Origin: a virus
Taxonomy: Duplodnaviria; Caudoviricetes
Reading direction: 5' to 3' (one strand)
IMG/VR virus record: IMGVR_UViG_3300035520_001285
Coordinates: 22,232 to 86,231 of that record
Length of the DNA stretch: 64,000 nucleotides
Shown here: positions 1 through 11,072 of the stretch, piece by piece
Numbering within the stretch: position 1 is the first letter of the stretch
Layout of the letters: each line of letters begins with the position of its first letter
Program-made: the position numbers and the translations under genes
The notes under the pieces: generated by a model
Databases searched by the model: none
Told to the model about the DNA's origin: nothing
Seen by the model: only the letters and a program-made list of their open reading frames with translations

Positions 1-1722
1 AGTGCTTTCAACCGACAAAGAGTAAAGGCCGCTGCTGATGCTATGGGTATGAACTACCAATATGTCATGGATATGATATATGCTAAAGGTAGAAGAAATA
101 TCTTAGAGCCTTCAGTTAATTCCATCACATCTAACAAAGACGAAAGGGAATTATTGCTCAACAAAGCACAGCTCGATGAAAATGGGCAAGGATATGTTGT
201 TGTTAATGGCCAAAAGAAATATCTTTCTAAGGGCAGAGAAAACTCAATCACTAAAGAAGATATTAGCCACTTAACAAGAACGAACTTCAAAGATAGTGAT
301 AATATTGCAACTATTGCTTCAACATTACTTGGTTGGGAAGACCGATTAGAGGCTTTTCAAAAAGGCATTGATGATAGTAAGGCTAATATAGTCGAGCAGA
401 CAGGTGCTTATAAAGCCGCTGATAAAATCCTCAATGAGGCCACGAAACACACTGCAATGATAGGTGCTATTCAGACACTTGTTCAGACTATGGCTATTGG
501 TATGAATATTTTGGCCATGGGCAATGGTTTCGGTAATATGATGGGTAGTTTTGGTGGCAAAGGTGTAGCAAAATTAAGTCCAAACCCAATAGTTGGCGGA
601 GGTGGGGCGGGTACAAGCACAGCTCCAATGGTAACAGGTGCAAATGCTGCAAAATTTAGTGGTGTTCGTGCTAATTACAATGCCGCTTATAATGCTGCAG
701 GAGGTATGGGAATAAAAGCAGGGTGGAATAGTGCTTATGGGGCCGCAAGAACCGCTGGTGCGGGTCGATTCGGCGCAGGTACAAAAGCTGCAGGAGCTGT
801 AATGGGAAAAGGCTTCAGTAATATGGGCTCATACGGTGTACCTGCTATGTTGTTAGGCATGGTTGGTTCAGCAGCAGGTGATTATATGAAACAAGATGCA
901 CAAAATGGCTTGGACGAAGGTAAAGATAACGATTCTACACGAAGTAAATACAAATGGGGTGGCTCTCTAAGTAAAGCCTCATCATGGGCAGGAATGGGCG
1001 CAATGGTAGGTAGCTTCTTTGGACCGTGGGGTACTGCAATCGGTGCCATTGTGGGTGGTATCGCAGGCGGTATTGCAGGTTATCAAGAAGGCAAAGACAA
1101 TTTGGAAATGAAAGACCGTAAAAAGTCTATATACAAAAAGAGCGGCGAAAGAATGGCCCTTAATGATGAATATGAACTTGATACCCTTAGGAGTATAGAC
1201 AAAGAAGGTACTGCTTACATTGAGCGTAAACCAACTTTACGTGCTAAGATATTTGCCGACACTGGTTTAACCCCAATAGATTTAAATGAAATTCATGCTG
1301 ATGGTTTTAAAGATGGCGGTATTGTAAAAGGAAGAGGCAATGAGACTTCGGACTCTAATTTAGCATTACTATCCAATAATGAATACGTAATGCCTGCTAA
1401 CAGGGTAACTCAACCTCAAAATAGAATGATACTTGATTCCATGCGAGACGGAAGGCAAATGCAAATCATGAAAGTTGCAAGTACTACGCCTACAAACATA
1501 ACTCCTGTAACAAGTGTAACACCTCAAAAGATTGAATTCTCACCAATTAATTTAAGTGGCACAATCAAATTAGATTTAGGTGGCTATTCAAAAGATGTTG
1601 ACTCTAAGGCATTATTAAACAATCCGTTATTCTTAAAACATATAACTGATGAAGTAATGAAACGAGTTAATACCCAAACTCATGGTGGCTATGACAAAAA
1701 TAGTTTCTATAAGAAATTCTAA
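1..1722 (+). CDS. Tape-measure-like tail protein, C-terminal part (5'-truncated by the window edge)
   Basis: Frame +1 is open from base 1. Gly/Ala-rich hydrophobic stretches (GAMVGSFFGPWGTAIGAIVGGIAGGIAG) and a GGIVKGRGNETSDSNLALLSNNEYVMPA segment typical of tape-measure C-termini; lies upstream of baseplate genes. Confidence 0.65.
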   Translation, partial: SAFNRQRVKAAADAMGMNYQYVMDMIYAKGRRNILEPSVNSITSNKDERELLLNKAQLDENGQGYVVVNGQKKYLSKGRENSITKEDISHLTRTNFKDSDNIATIASTLLGWEDRLEAFQKGIDDSKANIVEQTGAYKAADKILNEATKHTAMIGAIQTLVQTMAIGMNILAMGNGFGNMMGSFGGKGVAKLSPNPIVGGGGAGTSTAPMVTGANAAKFSGVRANYNAAYNAAGGMGIKAGWNSAYGAARTAGAGRFGAGTKAAGAVMGKGFSNMGSYGVPAMLLGMVGSAAGDYMKQDAQNGLDEGKDNDSTRSKYKWGGSLSKASSWAGMGAMVGSFFGPWGTAIGAIVGGIAGGIAGYQEGKDNLEMKDRKKSIYKKSGERMALNDEYELDTLRSIDKEGTAYIERKPTLRAKIFADTGLTPIDLNEIHADGFKDGGIVKGRGNETSDSNLALLSNNEYVMPANRVTQPQNRMILDSMRDGRQMQIMKVASTTPTNITPVTSVTPQKIEFSPINLSGTIKLDLGGYSKDVDSKALLNNPLFLKHITDEVMKRVNTQTHGGYDKNSFYKKF

Positions 1723-1735
1723 CATAGAAGAAAAA

Positions 1736-4700
1736 ATGAATTCTGAAAAGACAAAACAAGTTAAAAGTGTTCTTTTTAAGAATGCAGATATACGTACTCA
1801 ACAATTATTGAAAAACAAAGGCAAATATTCTCAATATGATGGTGTACTCAACCCTGCTATTGGTGAATATTATGAAATACGTAATTTAAGTGCTCCTTCG
1901 CTTATGGACGATAAGGGGCTATTCTCATATACACTTGACGACAAATCAGAATACAGTGCTTCTATCTTACAGAAATACTTTAAAACTGCTGAATCAAGAG
2001 AAAATGCTGAGGTATACAGTGTTAACAATAACGTTGTTACCGATAGATGGAATGGGGCTTATGACGATTATAGGGACTATGTAGATTATGTTTTTAATAA
2101 TGGCTCAGCTGTTTACACATATATAAATGATGCACTTTCTACCGTAAACATCGAGAATGCATTAAGAAAAATGGAAGTTGGTGTAGTAGACCACTTAAAT
2201 GTAGCTACCGCATTGGCAGGTGAAGTTACGACCAATCCAAACCTTGCAAATACTACTAAAGATATATTCAATTGGGATTTAACTACAGGCAAAGCAGATA
2301 TTAGTAATGAGTCAAAATTGGGTTTAATTACTAACTATATGTATGCTCAAAGCCTTTACAATGGTGCAACATTTAATTCGACAAGAGGAACAAAATATTT
2401 AACCCCTGGTCTTGAAAGCGAATATGGCAACAACCTCGCAACCATTAACAAATTAAGTGATATTCTTTGGATAGATTCATCTACTGGGCGTGTTAGGAAC
2501 ATGTTTGGCAATGGAACACAAGTATTGAAATATTCAGAAGCAAGCAATGAAAACGATGGTAGTTATGAATATCTTCAAGACCAAATGCTTGCATTCTTGA
2601 ATGAAGACACCCCCTTATTCGGAAACTCTATACAGCGTGGCAAATATAGCCCCACATCAAAATATGATGGGAATGTTGAAACCCAAAAGGTTGTAAATTA
2701 TCGAAACGATGGTAACACGCTTTACAGCAGTAAAATCGTACACATAGTACATGATGATATAATACCCAAAAAGAAACCCGAAGAAGAGACCGAAGGAACT
2801 GCAAAAAAGGTTAATGAGAAAATACCCACAGACTATTCTGATTATGACTTCGATGAATACAATGTTAATCAAGATGTTAGTAGTAAAGATTTATTGTCAA
2901 AAACAAATGCATTGTTTAAAGAAAAAGTCATAAAAACTATGATAGGTGCTTTCTGCACAGGTAAAATTCGTGATGAAAATAGCACCAAGGATAACGCCGT
3001 GGATAGCACATATGGAAATGCACATGGTAGAGCATTGAAAAAACTTAATCATAGCACCTCGAAAACACATACTTTAGATGACCCATATTGCCGTTCATGG
3101 GCATATCACAAACAATACCGAAAGTACAGCGATGCAATCAGACCGTTTATGAATGATTCTGTCCCTTACTCTATTGAAGAAGTACAGGGGTGGATTACAA
3201 GATATCGTGCCCAAAATTCAGGCTATACAAACGGAGATAAATACTTAGCCGATAATACTGTACTAACCAATACAGGGCTTGTTTCTATTACCCCTAAAGA
3301 ATCGAATTTAACAAACAATGTCCAAAGATATATGTTCTCTATAGAGAACTTAGCATGGACGGGTAGATTAAATTCTTTAGAAAAAGAGCAACGTGGGCCT
3401 AATGGCGGTAGAGTAATGTGGTTTCCACCATACGATTTGGATTTTCAAGAAAACGTTTCAGTAGATTGGAGTGGTAATTCTTTTATTGGCCGTGGCGAAA
3501 AAGTATATACATATTCAAATACTAATAGGACAGCATCATTGAATTTTACATTACTTATTGACCATCCATCAATAATTAATGAATTACATGATGCTGATGC
3601 ACAGCAAGGTGATGGAACCCCAGATATTGACGCTGATATATTAAGATTCTTTGCAGGGTGTCAACCGTTAAATAAAAAATATGAGGCATCAGGAGAAACA
3701 GCCAATACTGAAACAGCACCTAATAATGATATTCAAGAAGGGGAAGCTACTGGCGGCGAAATTATATTCCCAGTATTTTTTCCCAACAACTATTCAGGTT
3801 TAATGAATGAACTTAGTGCCGATACATGGAGTAAATCTAATTCATTTTTAGGAGATTCTGATTGGTATCAATACCTATTGTTTGGTAAAAACGTCTCGGC
3901 TTCAGATGGTAATGGTTATGAGATGTCTAATAGTGGCATCACCGATTTGAATTCAAGTGACGGAATTTTACCATGTAGTAAAAATAGGCCAATTAGCTCT
4001 TTTGGTAATTTTGAAGGTTGCGGCAAATATGGTGAATATGATGACCAAAAAGATAAAGCTGAAAGAACATATAAATACCGTGTTGACTTTGACCTTAGGC
4101 AACACTCTTTATTGGTAAATGGGAGTACCAATAACTATAGAGATAATAGTGGTCATAAGTATAATTTAGATATAAATGCATGTAAGAGTGGGGCTAATTT
4201 TTCCAATTGCAACTATTCGTTTGCTGAGGTTGTGTGTGCATTAGATGATGATGTATGCAATAAATTAGGCAAAAATAATGACGAAAGAGTTAAGGCCCTT
4301 AAGGAGATATTTGAACAAAACAATATTGATAGCATAAAGGCTTACGGTAGTGCAACTGCTCAGGACACCAAGAATTCTAACACATTAGCCAAAAGAAGGG
4401 CGTTGAATACAGGCCGATGGTTTAGAGACCATTTAGCAACTTATGCTACAGACGATAATTTCACTACAGGCGAAGTGCCATACGAAATAATGAAGTTTGA
4501 AAACTCAATTGGCTCAAGTGGTAAAGACATTAATCAAGAGGAGGCTAAATTAGAGCGAAGTGCAAAAATTCATATTACTTATGGTAATGCCAAAATGTCT
4601 GACGAACCCACATTTGACAGCACTGTAAATGAAGAAGATTCAAATACTGCACAATATACCATTAAGTTAGGAGAAACCTATAATGAGAGATATGGAGATG

Positions 4701-5278
4701 AATATAAATTCTTCAAAAATATTGAAGTAACTGACCCGTTTGTTTATAAGAAAATAAAGGATAAATACGATTATTTCACTCCTGTTTTTCATTCGCTTTC
4801 TCCTGAGGGCTTTAATGCAAGATTAAACTTCTTACATCAATGTACAAGACAAGGCCACACCATATCGGCTTCTGAGCAAACATTATATACTCCTGTTGCA
4901 GCTACTGCGGGTAATTTGTCTTTTGGCCGACAACCTGTTATTGTTTTAAAGATAGGTGATTTCATTAATACAAGGGCCGTTATTCAGTCAATGAATATCA
5001 ATTATTCAATGGACGGTATGCAGTGGGATTTGAATCCTGAAGGTGCAGGTGTACAGCCAATGTTCGCTAAAGTCAGTATGAATATCGTAATTCTTGGTGG
5101 TATGTCGCTCAATGCCCCTATTAACAGATTACAAAATGCTCATACGTTTGACTATTATGCAAACTCTGGCGTTTATGATAATCGTGCTGATAGAGTTGAT
5201 GTTAATTTGGATAGCAGTGGTGCAGTTACGTCTGTTACATATAAAAACCTATTTGAACCAACAACTTCAAGCGAATAA
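1736..5278 (+). CDS. Large baseplate/tail-associated structural protein with a possible OmpA-like domain
   Basis: 1198-aa ORF from 1682; ATG 1736 after an A-rich leader is the likelier start. Contains WFPPYDL..W....FIGRGE..YTYSNT.R...LNFTLLIDHP and RQPVIVLKIGDFINTRAVIQSMNINY segments resembling tube-initiator/baseplate proteins; central SATAQ..NTLAKRRA motif is OmpA-like. Confidence 0.55.
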   Translation: MNSEKTKQVKSVLFKNADIRTQQLLKNKGKYSQYDGVLNPAIGEYYEIRNLSAPSLMDDKGLFSYTLDDKSEYSASILQKYFKTAESRENAEVYSVNNNVVTDRWNGAYDDYRDYVDYVFNNGSAVYTYINDALSTVNIENALRKMEVGVVDHLNVATALAGEVTTNPNLANTTKDIFNWDLTTGKADISNESKLGLITNYMYAQSLYNGATFNSTRGTKYLTPGLESEYGNNLATINKLSDILWIDSSTGRVRNMFGNGTQVLKYSEASNENDGSYEYLQDQMLAFLNEDTPLFGNSIQRGKYSPTSKYDGNVETQKVVNYRNDGNTLYSSKIVHIVHDDIIPKKKPEEETEGTAKKVNEKIPTDYSDYDFDEYNVNQDVSSKDLLSKTNALFKEKVIKTMIGAFCTGKIRDENSTKDNAVDSTYGNAHGRALKKLNHSTSKTHTLDDPYCRSWAYHKQYRKYSDAIRPFMNDSVPYSIEEVQGWITRYRAQNSGYTNGDKYLADNTVLTNTGLVSITPKESNLTNNVQRYMFSIENLAWTGRLNSLEKEQRGPNGGRVMWFPPYDLDFQENVSVDWSGNSFIGRGEKVYTYSNTNRTASLNFTLLIDHPSIINELHDADAQQGDGTPDIDADILRFFAGCQPLNKKYEASGETANTETAPNNDIQEGEATGGEIIFPVFFPNNYSGLMNELSADTWSKSNSFLGDSDWYQYLLFGKNVSASDGNGYEMSNSGITDLNSSDGILPCSKNRPISSFGNFEGCGKYGEYDDQKDKAERTYKYRVDFDLRQHSLLVNGSTNNYRDNSGHKYNLDINACKSGANFSNCNYSFAEVVCALDDDVCNKLGKNNDERVKALKEIFEQNNIDSIKAYGSATAQDTKNSNTLAKRRALNTGRWFRDHLATYATDDNFTTGEVPYEIMKFENSIGSSGKDINQEEAKLERSAKIHITYGNAKMSDEPTFDSTVNEEDSNTAQYTIKLGETYNERYGDEYKFFKNIEVTDPFVYKKIKDKYDYFTPVFHSLSPEGFNARLNFLHQCTRQGHTISASEQTLYTPVAATAGNLSFGRQPVIVLKIGDFINTRAVIQSMNINYSMDGMQWDLNPEGAGVQPMFAKVSMNIVILGGMSLNAPINRLQNAHTFDYYANSGVYDNRADRVDVNLDSSGAVTSVTYKNLFEPTTSSE

Positions 5279-5307
5279 TAAACGGATGATTAAAGAACTT
5301 TAGAAAT

Positions 5308-5625
5308 ATGTCTTACAACATTTATTCAAAACTCACTATAAATGGTGGAATTAAAAAGATTCCACCTATTAGTTTATCTACACGAAGTACAGACTACTAT
5401 ATCCAATATAAAAAAGGAAGTACACGTTTAGACAATATTTCTTATGACTATTATGGTGACCCAAATTATGATTGGCTAATATTAGAGGCCAATAGAGATA
5501 TTGCTTTGTTTGAGTTTAATATTCCTGATGGGGCAACATTGAGGATACCATACCCATTGACAAGTTACATAGAAGAAATCAATAGTAAAATTGAATCATA
5601 TAATGCCTTATACGGTATTGATTGA
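5308..5625 (+). CDS. Baseplate wedge protein, gp53/gpX (LysM-like) type
   Basis: TRLDNISYDYYGDPNYDWLILEAN...IPDGATLRIP pattern; 105 aa; directly upstream of the hub gene. Confidence 0.65.
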   Translation: MSYNIYSKLTINGGIKKIPPISLSTRSTDYYIQYKKGSTRLDNISYDYYGDPNYDWLILEANRDIALFEFNIPDGATLRIPYPLTSYIEEINSKIESYNALYGID

Positions 5626-5676
5626 TTTTCTGTATTTTGAAAGGTAAATTTTTAAGAAAGTTAGATTGTTTACTAA

Positions 5677-8600
5677 ATGAAAACCCAAACTTTAGGTCGA
5701 TTAGTTTATATAGAGCCAAATGATGTATCCATGCTTGGGGGATACAATAGCAATGATGGCAAAACGCACCTGTATGATGGAGTATATTGGAATGAAGAAG
5801 ATTTAAATATGTCCGTTGATTTACAGGTAGTAATGCCATATAGAGAAGACTGCGGGCAATGCTCGTTAAATTCAAGTAATTTTTATGTTCAGATTCAAAA
5901 TGACAATCAATCTGACGTGGGCAGATATGTGTCATTTTTACAAGGTTCTAATATAAACAATACAAACGGAGAAAAAATTGGTAACCAACTAACAACTTCA
6001 TATTTGGAAGCAAGCTATGAAGAACTTCGCCGTGACGGTAAAAGCAACAAAGAATGTCTTGGTATTGATTCAGTAGATATAACTTTCGATTCTCACTTCT
6101 ATCCTCAAGTTAACATTAAATTCATTGATAACAGAGGATACTCTCTAATGATGCCTTCCGAACATGAGTATTTGGAAAATTTAAGAGAAAAAGAGGGTGG
6201 TGGTACCGCCGAACCATACTCCAACTTTTTTAGAGCACTATTCCATTTCCCATACCCAAGATTTCTACTTACAATTAAGGGCTATTATGGCAATAGTGTA
6301 ACTTTCATGCTTGCGGTAAATGAATTCAAGAATAATTTTAATTCTTCTACAGGAAATTTTGAAATTAACGTCTCATTTATCGGTTATATGTACGGTCTTT
6401 ATACCGACATACCTTTAAACCTACTCATTACTGCCCCATATTATAACAGAAATGAAGATGAATGGAATAACTTCAAATTTGACAATCAAAATGGCGCTGA
6501 AGGCGGCAGTATGCTTACATTTGTTGAATTTATCCGTAAATGCAATGAGTTAAATGATTTGAAAAAGGATTTAACAAGCGGTGAAAGTGGCAATGCAAGT
6601 ACTGATGAGTTAATACAATTAACCAACAAAAAAACATGGTGCCGTAATATGATTACCATCATCAAAGAGATGATGCATGATACAGTAAATGGGTACAATG
6701 TAAATAAAGCCGATTATAAATTTTTTGCGGATAATGGTGATTTAAATTGCCTATTTCGTGAAAAAGAAATAAACATATGCGTAAATAAGAAAAAATACGA
6801 AGAATTACGCTCACTTTATAACGATAACCAGTATGGCGTGGCATTATCAAACATATCAAGCAGTTGGCTTGACGATGGTAAACTAGTCGCTGACGCATGT
6901 CGGAATAAATCGTTAGAAACGAAATTAAAAGATATAATTTTAGAAGAAAAAGATGACTGGGGCGAGATGTCTAAAAATTTCTACTCCAAAAACAAAGCAA
7001 AATATGGGGAGTGGTATACATTTAGGGTTGCCTTTAATTCTGTCATAACAGAACTATCTGCACTTATTGACGAAATTAACACAAAGTCTAACGAATTATC
7101 CGCTGAAGTAGAGTCAAACTTAGATTCAACTTATCAAGAGGCATTGGGGTTTGTGCCGACAATTCAAAATTTCTTTAGAATGATATTTGCCCATATGAGT
7201 AAATTCATGACCGATTATTACGATTTGCTTGCCGAAATCAAAGAATCGAAACGTGAAATGGGGGCGATGAAATTAACGGCGCAAACTTGTGATATGAATA
7301 AATATAGCGCAGAAAATGCGTTTGTCCCACCCTTTCCTGCTGTCTACAAAGAAGAAGACAATAAACGAGTTGAAGTTTATCCTGGCGAAATCGATTCACT
7401 TACATCTTTAATGCCTGAAATTGCATATACAGAGGGGTTTATTAATGCAGCAATGGGGGTTAAAGATGAATTCAATAATATAATTACTCAATATGCAGAA
7501 AAGCAAGCCTATGATAAGGAAATACAGGCGGCTAAAGACGCAGGCGGTAGTGGATGGACGGCTACATCTGTAAGTGATTATTGGTTTAAAGATGAATTTG
7601 TTAATCCATATGCAAATCTTGAATCAAATGTAGGAAGTGATATAGAGGTTGGGGGCTTATTATATTTCTTTATGTGCAGAGATTTATCCAACAAGCTGCA
7701 ATTCGGTTCAAAGGAAAGAAATGGTTTTGCTGAAGCTGAGGCGAATAATTATTTATCCATACATAAAACTCCATCATGTTCTCAATTAAAAAACAAAATC
7801 AAAGAGATAAAGGGTGATGCCGCTAAAATAAAGGAAGAAATAAATAATTATATAACCAAAAAAGGTTCTAATTCCTTAATACTTCCAATTAAAAGTTTAA
7901 CCAACACGCCTAATGGAGTAATTTCACTTAAAGAGACTTCAGTACCTTTATGGTTCCGTTCTTTGAAGGTTAAAAGTGATAATTTTGCTTATTACAAAAA
8001 TACTGATAAAATTAAATACACATTCTTAATAGATGATAATTATTCTTTAGCATCACAAGCTGTAAGTAAATTACAAAACCTCGGACAGCCATTTCTTGAC
8101 GGTTGTGTAACTGCCTTACCCACTGAAGTTAGCATATCCAATTTCGATGGGTCATTTGACAATTTTGATGCTTTCAGTGGTAGCACATATGATTATTATA
8201 CCATATGCAAAGAATGGGAAAAAGAGGACACTGGTGGCCAAAAAGCTGCAATTAGAGATGGCTCTTATTTTTTTAATTCTCATTACAAAAACGGCATAAA
8301 CACTGAAAATCAAATAAAAGATTTTATTATGGCGTTAATGTCTAAAGTTAAATCTACTAACTATATCGATATAAAAATAGACACTACATGCATAAGGGTT
8401 ATAAATAAGGCAACAGCAATACTTCTTGGCGCAATAGCTAAAGGGTTGGTGCAGAAAAAAAATCCTCTTTATAATTCGGGAGCTAGGATAGTACCTTTTA
8501 TTAGCAAAACAACATATTCCGATACGGGTACCGAAAAAGTGCCTATAGAAGAAAATGTGTTTGGCATAAAAGAAACTGTTTTTGATTTCATTGTAAATGA

Positions 8601-11031
8601 TAGCACCGCAAACAAAGCTTTTTCTACTTACTTTGATGATTTTAAAAATAGCACCGAATGGAAAAATATACGCAATTTGATTACCTATGGTGATTTTAGC
8701 AGCACACCCCCCAAAGGTAATTATAAAATAGACAGTGGCGTTTATCGCTTGAAAATATGGAAGTCTATCAGTGTCATTTTAAATCAAAACCTCTTGATTT
8801 ATAATATTAACAATGAGAATAATAATACTCTTGTTAGCATAAACTTAGGAGATTTCCAACCGTTTCTTAATACAATATATAACGCTTACAAAGACACCAA
8901 AGCATTAGACGAAAGTTGGTCAAGTGATTTTATTGAGTCGGATATTTCAAGTGAGCATAAATTGGCCTTATATAAAACATTCAAAAATTTATATGATAGA
9001 TGGGCGAATTCTTATAGCAAGAATAACTTTATTTTAAGAAGCCCAAGTGAAGACCATTCGGTTAAAGTTCAAAGATTTAGTTCAGTAGTACCCTATGATG
9101 ATAAAATCACTGAATTTGACAATTTTTTATTTGTAGATTCATATTATAATGATATTTCTTACAAATTCAAAATAAATCCTTCAACTGTTTGTGATTTATT
9201 AGCTAAACATCTACAAAACGACTCAAACTATAGTGTTTATGAATTTATGGCTGAGCTGTGCCAAGCAAACAGAATGTTACTTTTAGCAATGCCAGTTTAC
9301 AACAACTACTATAGCTCCGATACAATCAAAAACATATTCTCTCCGCAGCCTTCGGATATAATGAAAACAGGCTACGGTTCTACATATGTATGCATGTATA
9401 CTTATGAAGTATCGCATATTGTAGAAGCTGAAGATTCAACGAGTATGGATGATGACGGTTTTGATATTGCTGATATAAATGGCAATATAATGCCTGAAGA
9501 AACTACCATAGGATTACTATTTAATGACGCAAATTCAGAAGATGATTTAAGTTTAACCGTGCCTGCTTTTGGTGTAACGTATGCAAGGCAAAATCAAATG
9601 TATTTCAAGACAATAAATGTCAATATGGATAATCCACGAGTAACGGACTATTCAATCGCCAATTTATTTGAGTTGAAGAATTTGACAAAAGACGGAACAT
9701 TAAATAGGCCTCAAACCGTAGCAAATGATATATATTCAGTATATGCAAACAGGTCATATAACTGCTCCGTTGATATGATGGGTTGTGCTAATATCATGCC
9801 GATGATGTACTTCCAATTGAACAATATACCAATGTTTAGAGGAGCGTACATGATTACCAATGTAGAACATCATATTAAAGCAGGTGATTTCTCAACTAAG
9901 TTTACAGGGGTAAGAGTATCTAAAAACCAATTACCATATAGTGATAGAATGTTCAATCTATCTACGCTTCTTGATATTACGACTACTGATGAAATTAGTA
10001 CAAAAGGAAATAGGGCAAGCGGTGTTGATAACTCTTCAGCTCCGACATGTGCAAACTTTGCTACATTAGTGCAAGAGTCAATGAGCAAAAAATGGCATAC
10101 GTTCAAGGATAAAACCGTTATTCCTTATAATAACCCAAAATATATTTCAAGGTGTGGCCAAGCTGTAAAAGAATTTTGTATTCACGCAGGAGTAAACAAT
10201 GTGAGCGGTGATGGTTTTGGATGGTATGACACCCTTAAGAATAACAGGCAATTTACATTAGTCTACACTATACCCGCAAAGGCAACATGTGATGAAAGAT
10301 GTTCTACGGTAGCGGCAAAATCAAAGATTGGTGATATAGCCGTAATGAAACAAGGTGCCAATGAATTCAAAAAAGCAAAAGGATATTACGGTCATGTATG
10401 TATGTACTATGGTAATGGTGAATGGGTTTCTGATTGTAATCAACAAAAAGCGGGCAGGCCGAAATATGACATGTACGTTTATGAAAAAAATGGTGGCACA
10501 AATGCACAAGAAATCTTTGTATTTAGATATACTTGTGGTTATGTAAGTGGCGGTACAGTCCCTGCAATAAGCAACAATGCAACCACAAACACAAGAGGCA
10601 AGGCGATTATGACTGCGTTAAAAAACGCATTCTCATTTACCGATGAACAACTGATTGGCATTGGTAGTGCAATTTATCAAGAATCAGAATGGGACCCGAA
10701 GGCTGTTTCGAGTTCGGGTACATATAGAGGAATTATTCAATGGAATAAAGATAGGTATGAGCCCATTATAAATTATCTTAACGATAAAAATGGGACTTCA
10801 TATAAAGTGGCAAATTTTATACAAGTACCGTTGAATCATCAAATTGAAGGTATGATTTGGGAATTGAACAATTCCGAAAAAACAGCTTTAGCTGAAATAA
10901 AGAAGAAAAAAACATCGAGAGAGATTGCTATTGCATGGACGAAGTACTATGAACGTGGGGCAGATTCACAAGAAAATTATAATGCACATGCTGCTCATAC
11001 AGATATAGCTAAAAAAGCTTTGGATTCGTAA
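5677..11031 (+). CDS. Giant baseplate hub / tail-associated lysin with C-terminal CHAP/NlpC-like amidase and phage tail lysozyme domains
   Basis: 1784 aa. Hub-like segment (CSVDMMGCANIMPMMYFQLNNIPMFRGAYMITNVEH), then RCGQAV...GDIAV...GHVCMY..G.WVSD (Cys-His pair), then IYQESEWDPKAV...GIIQW...QIEGMIWEL...YYER. Confidence 0.7.
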   Translation: MKTQTLGRLVYIEPNDVSMLGGYNSNDGKTHLYDGVYWNEEDLNMSVDLQVVMPYREDCGQCSLNSSNFYVQIQNDNQSDVGRYVSFLQGSNINNTNGEKIGNQLTTSYLEASYEELRRDGKSNKECLGIDSVDITFDSHFYPQVNIKFIDNRGYSLMMPSEHEYLENLREKEGGGTAEPYSNFFRALFHFPYPRFLLTIKGYYGNSVTFMLAVNEFKNNFNSSTGNFEINVSFIGYMYGLYTDIPLNLLITAPYYNRNEDEWNNFKFDNQNGAEGGSMLTFVEFIRKCNELNDLKKDLTSGESGNASTDELIQLTNKKTWCRNMITIIKEMMHDTVNGYNVNKADYKFFADNGDLNCLFREKEINICVNKKKYEELRSLYNDNQYGVALSNISSSWLDDGKLVADACRNKSLETKLKDIILEEKDDWGEMSKNFYSKNKAKYGEWYTFRVAFNSVITELSALIDEINTKSNELSAEVESNLDSTYQEALGFVPTIQNFFRMIFAHMSKFMTDYYDLLAEIKESKREMGAMKLTAQTCDMNKYSAENAFVPPFPAVYKEEDNKRVEVYPGEIDSLTSLMPEIAYTEGFINAAMGVKDEFNNIITQYAEKQAYDKEIQAAKDAGGSGWTATSVSDYWFKDEFVNPYANLESNVGSDIEVGGLLYFFMCRDLSNKLQFGSKERNGFAEAEANNYLSIHKTPSCSQLKNKIKEIKGDAAKIKEEINNYITKKGSNSLILPIKSLTNTPNGVISLKETSVPLWFRSLKVKSDNFAYYKNTDKIKYTFLIDDNYSLASQAVSKLQNLGQPFLDGCVTALPTEVSISNFDGSFDNFDAFSGSTYDYYTICKEWEKEDTGGQKAAIRDGSYFFNSHYKNGINTENQIKDFIMALMSKVKSTNYIDIKIDTTCIRVINKATAILLGAIAKGLVQKKNPLYNSGARIVPFISKTTYSDTGTEKVPIEENVFGIKETVFDFIVNDSTANKAFSTYFDDFKNSTEWKNIRNLITYGDFSSTPPKGNYKIDSGVYRLKIWKSISVILNQNLLIYNINNENNNTLVSINLGDFQPFLNTIYNAYKDTKALDESWSSDFIESDISSEHKLALYKTFKNLYDRWANSYSKNNFILRSPSEDHSVKVQRFSSVVPYDDKITEFDNFLFVDSYYNDISYKFKINPSTVCDLLAKHLQNDSNYSVYEFMAELCQANRMLLLAMPVYNNYYSSDTIKNIFSPQPSDIMKTGYGSTYVCMYTYEVSHIVEAEDSTSMDDDGFDIADINGNIMPEETTIGLLFNDANSEDDLSLTVPAFGVTYARQNQMYFKTINVNMDNPRVTDYSIANLFELKNLTKDGTLNRPQTVANDIYSVYANRSYNCSVDMMGCANIMPMMYFQLNNIPMFRGAYMITNVEHHIKAGDFSTKFTGVRVSKNQLPYSDRMFNLSTLLDITTTDEISTKGNRASGVDNSSAPTCANFATLVQESMSKKWHTFKDKTVIPYNNPKYISRCGQAVKEFCIHAGVNNVSGDGFGWYDTLKNNRQFTLVYTIPAKATCDERCSTVAAKSKIGDIAVMKQGANEFKKAKGYYGHVCMYYGNGEWVSDCNQQKAGRPKYDMYVYEKNGGTNAQEIFVFRYTCGYVSGGTVPAISNNATTNTRGKAIMTALKNAFSFTDEQLIGIGSAIYQESEWDPKAVSSSGTYRGIIQWNKDRYEPIINYLNDKNGTSYKVANFIQVPLNHQIEGMIWELNNSEKTALAEIKKKKTSREIAIAWTKYYERGADSQENYNAHAAHTDIAKKALDS

Positions 11032-11040
11032 AATAATAGC

Positions 11041-11048
11041 TATATTTG
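11041..11048 (+). promoter_or_regulatory. Host-type -7 promoter box TATATTTG
   Basis: Between the hub stop codon and ATG 11073. Confidence 0.5.
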
Positions 11049-11072
11049 TACAACAAAATACAGAGCCCCCTA

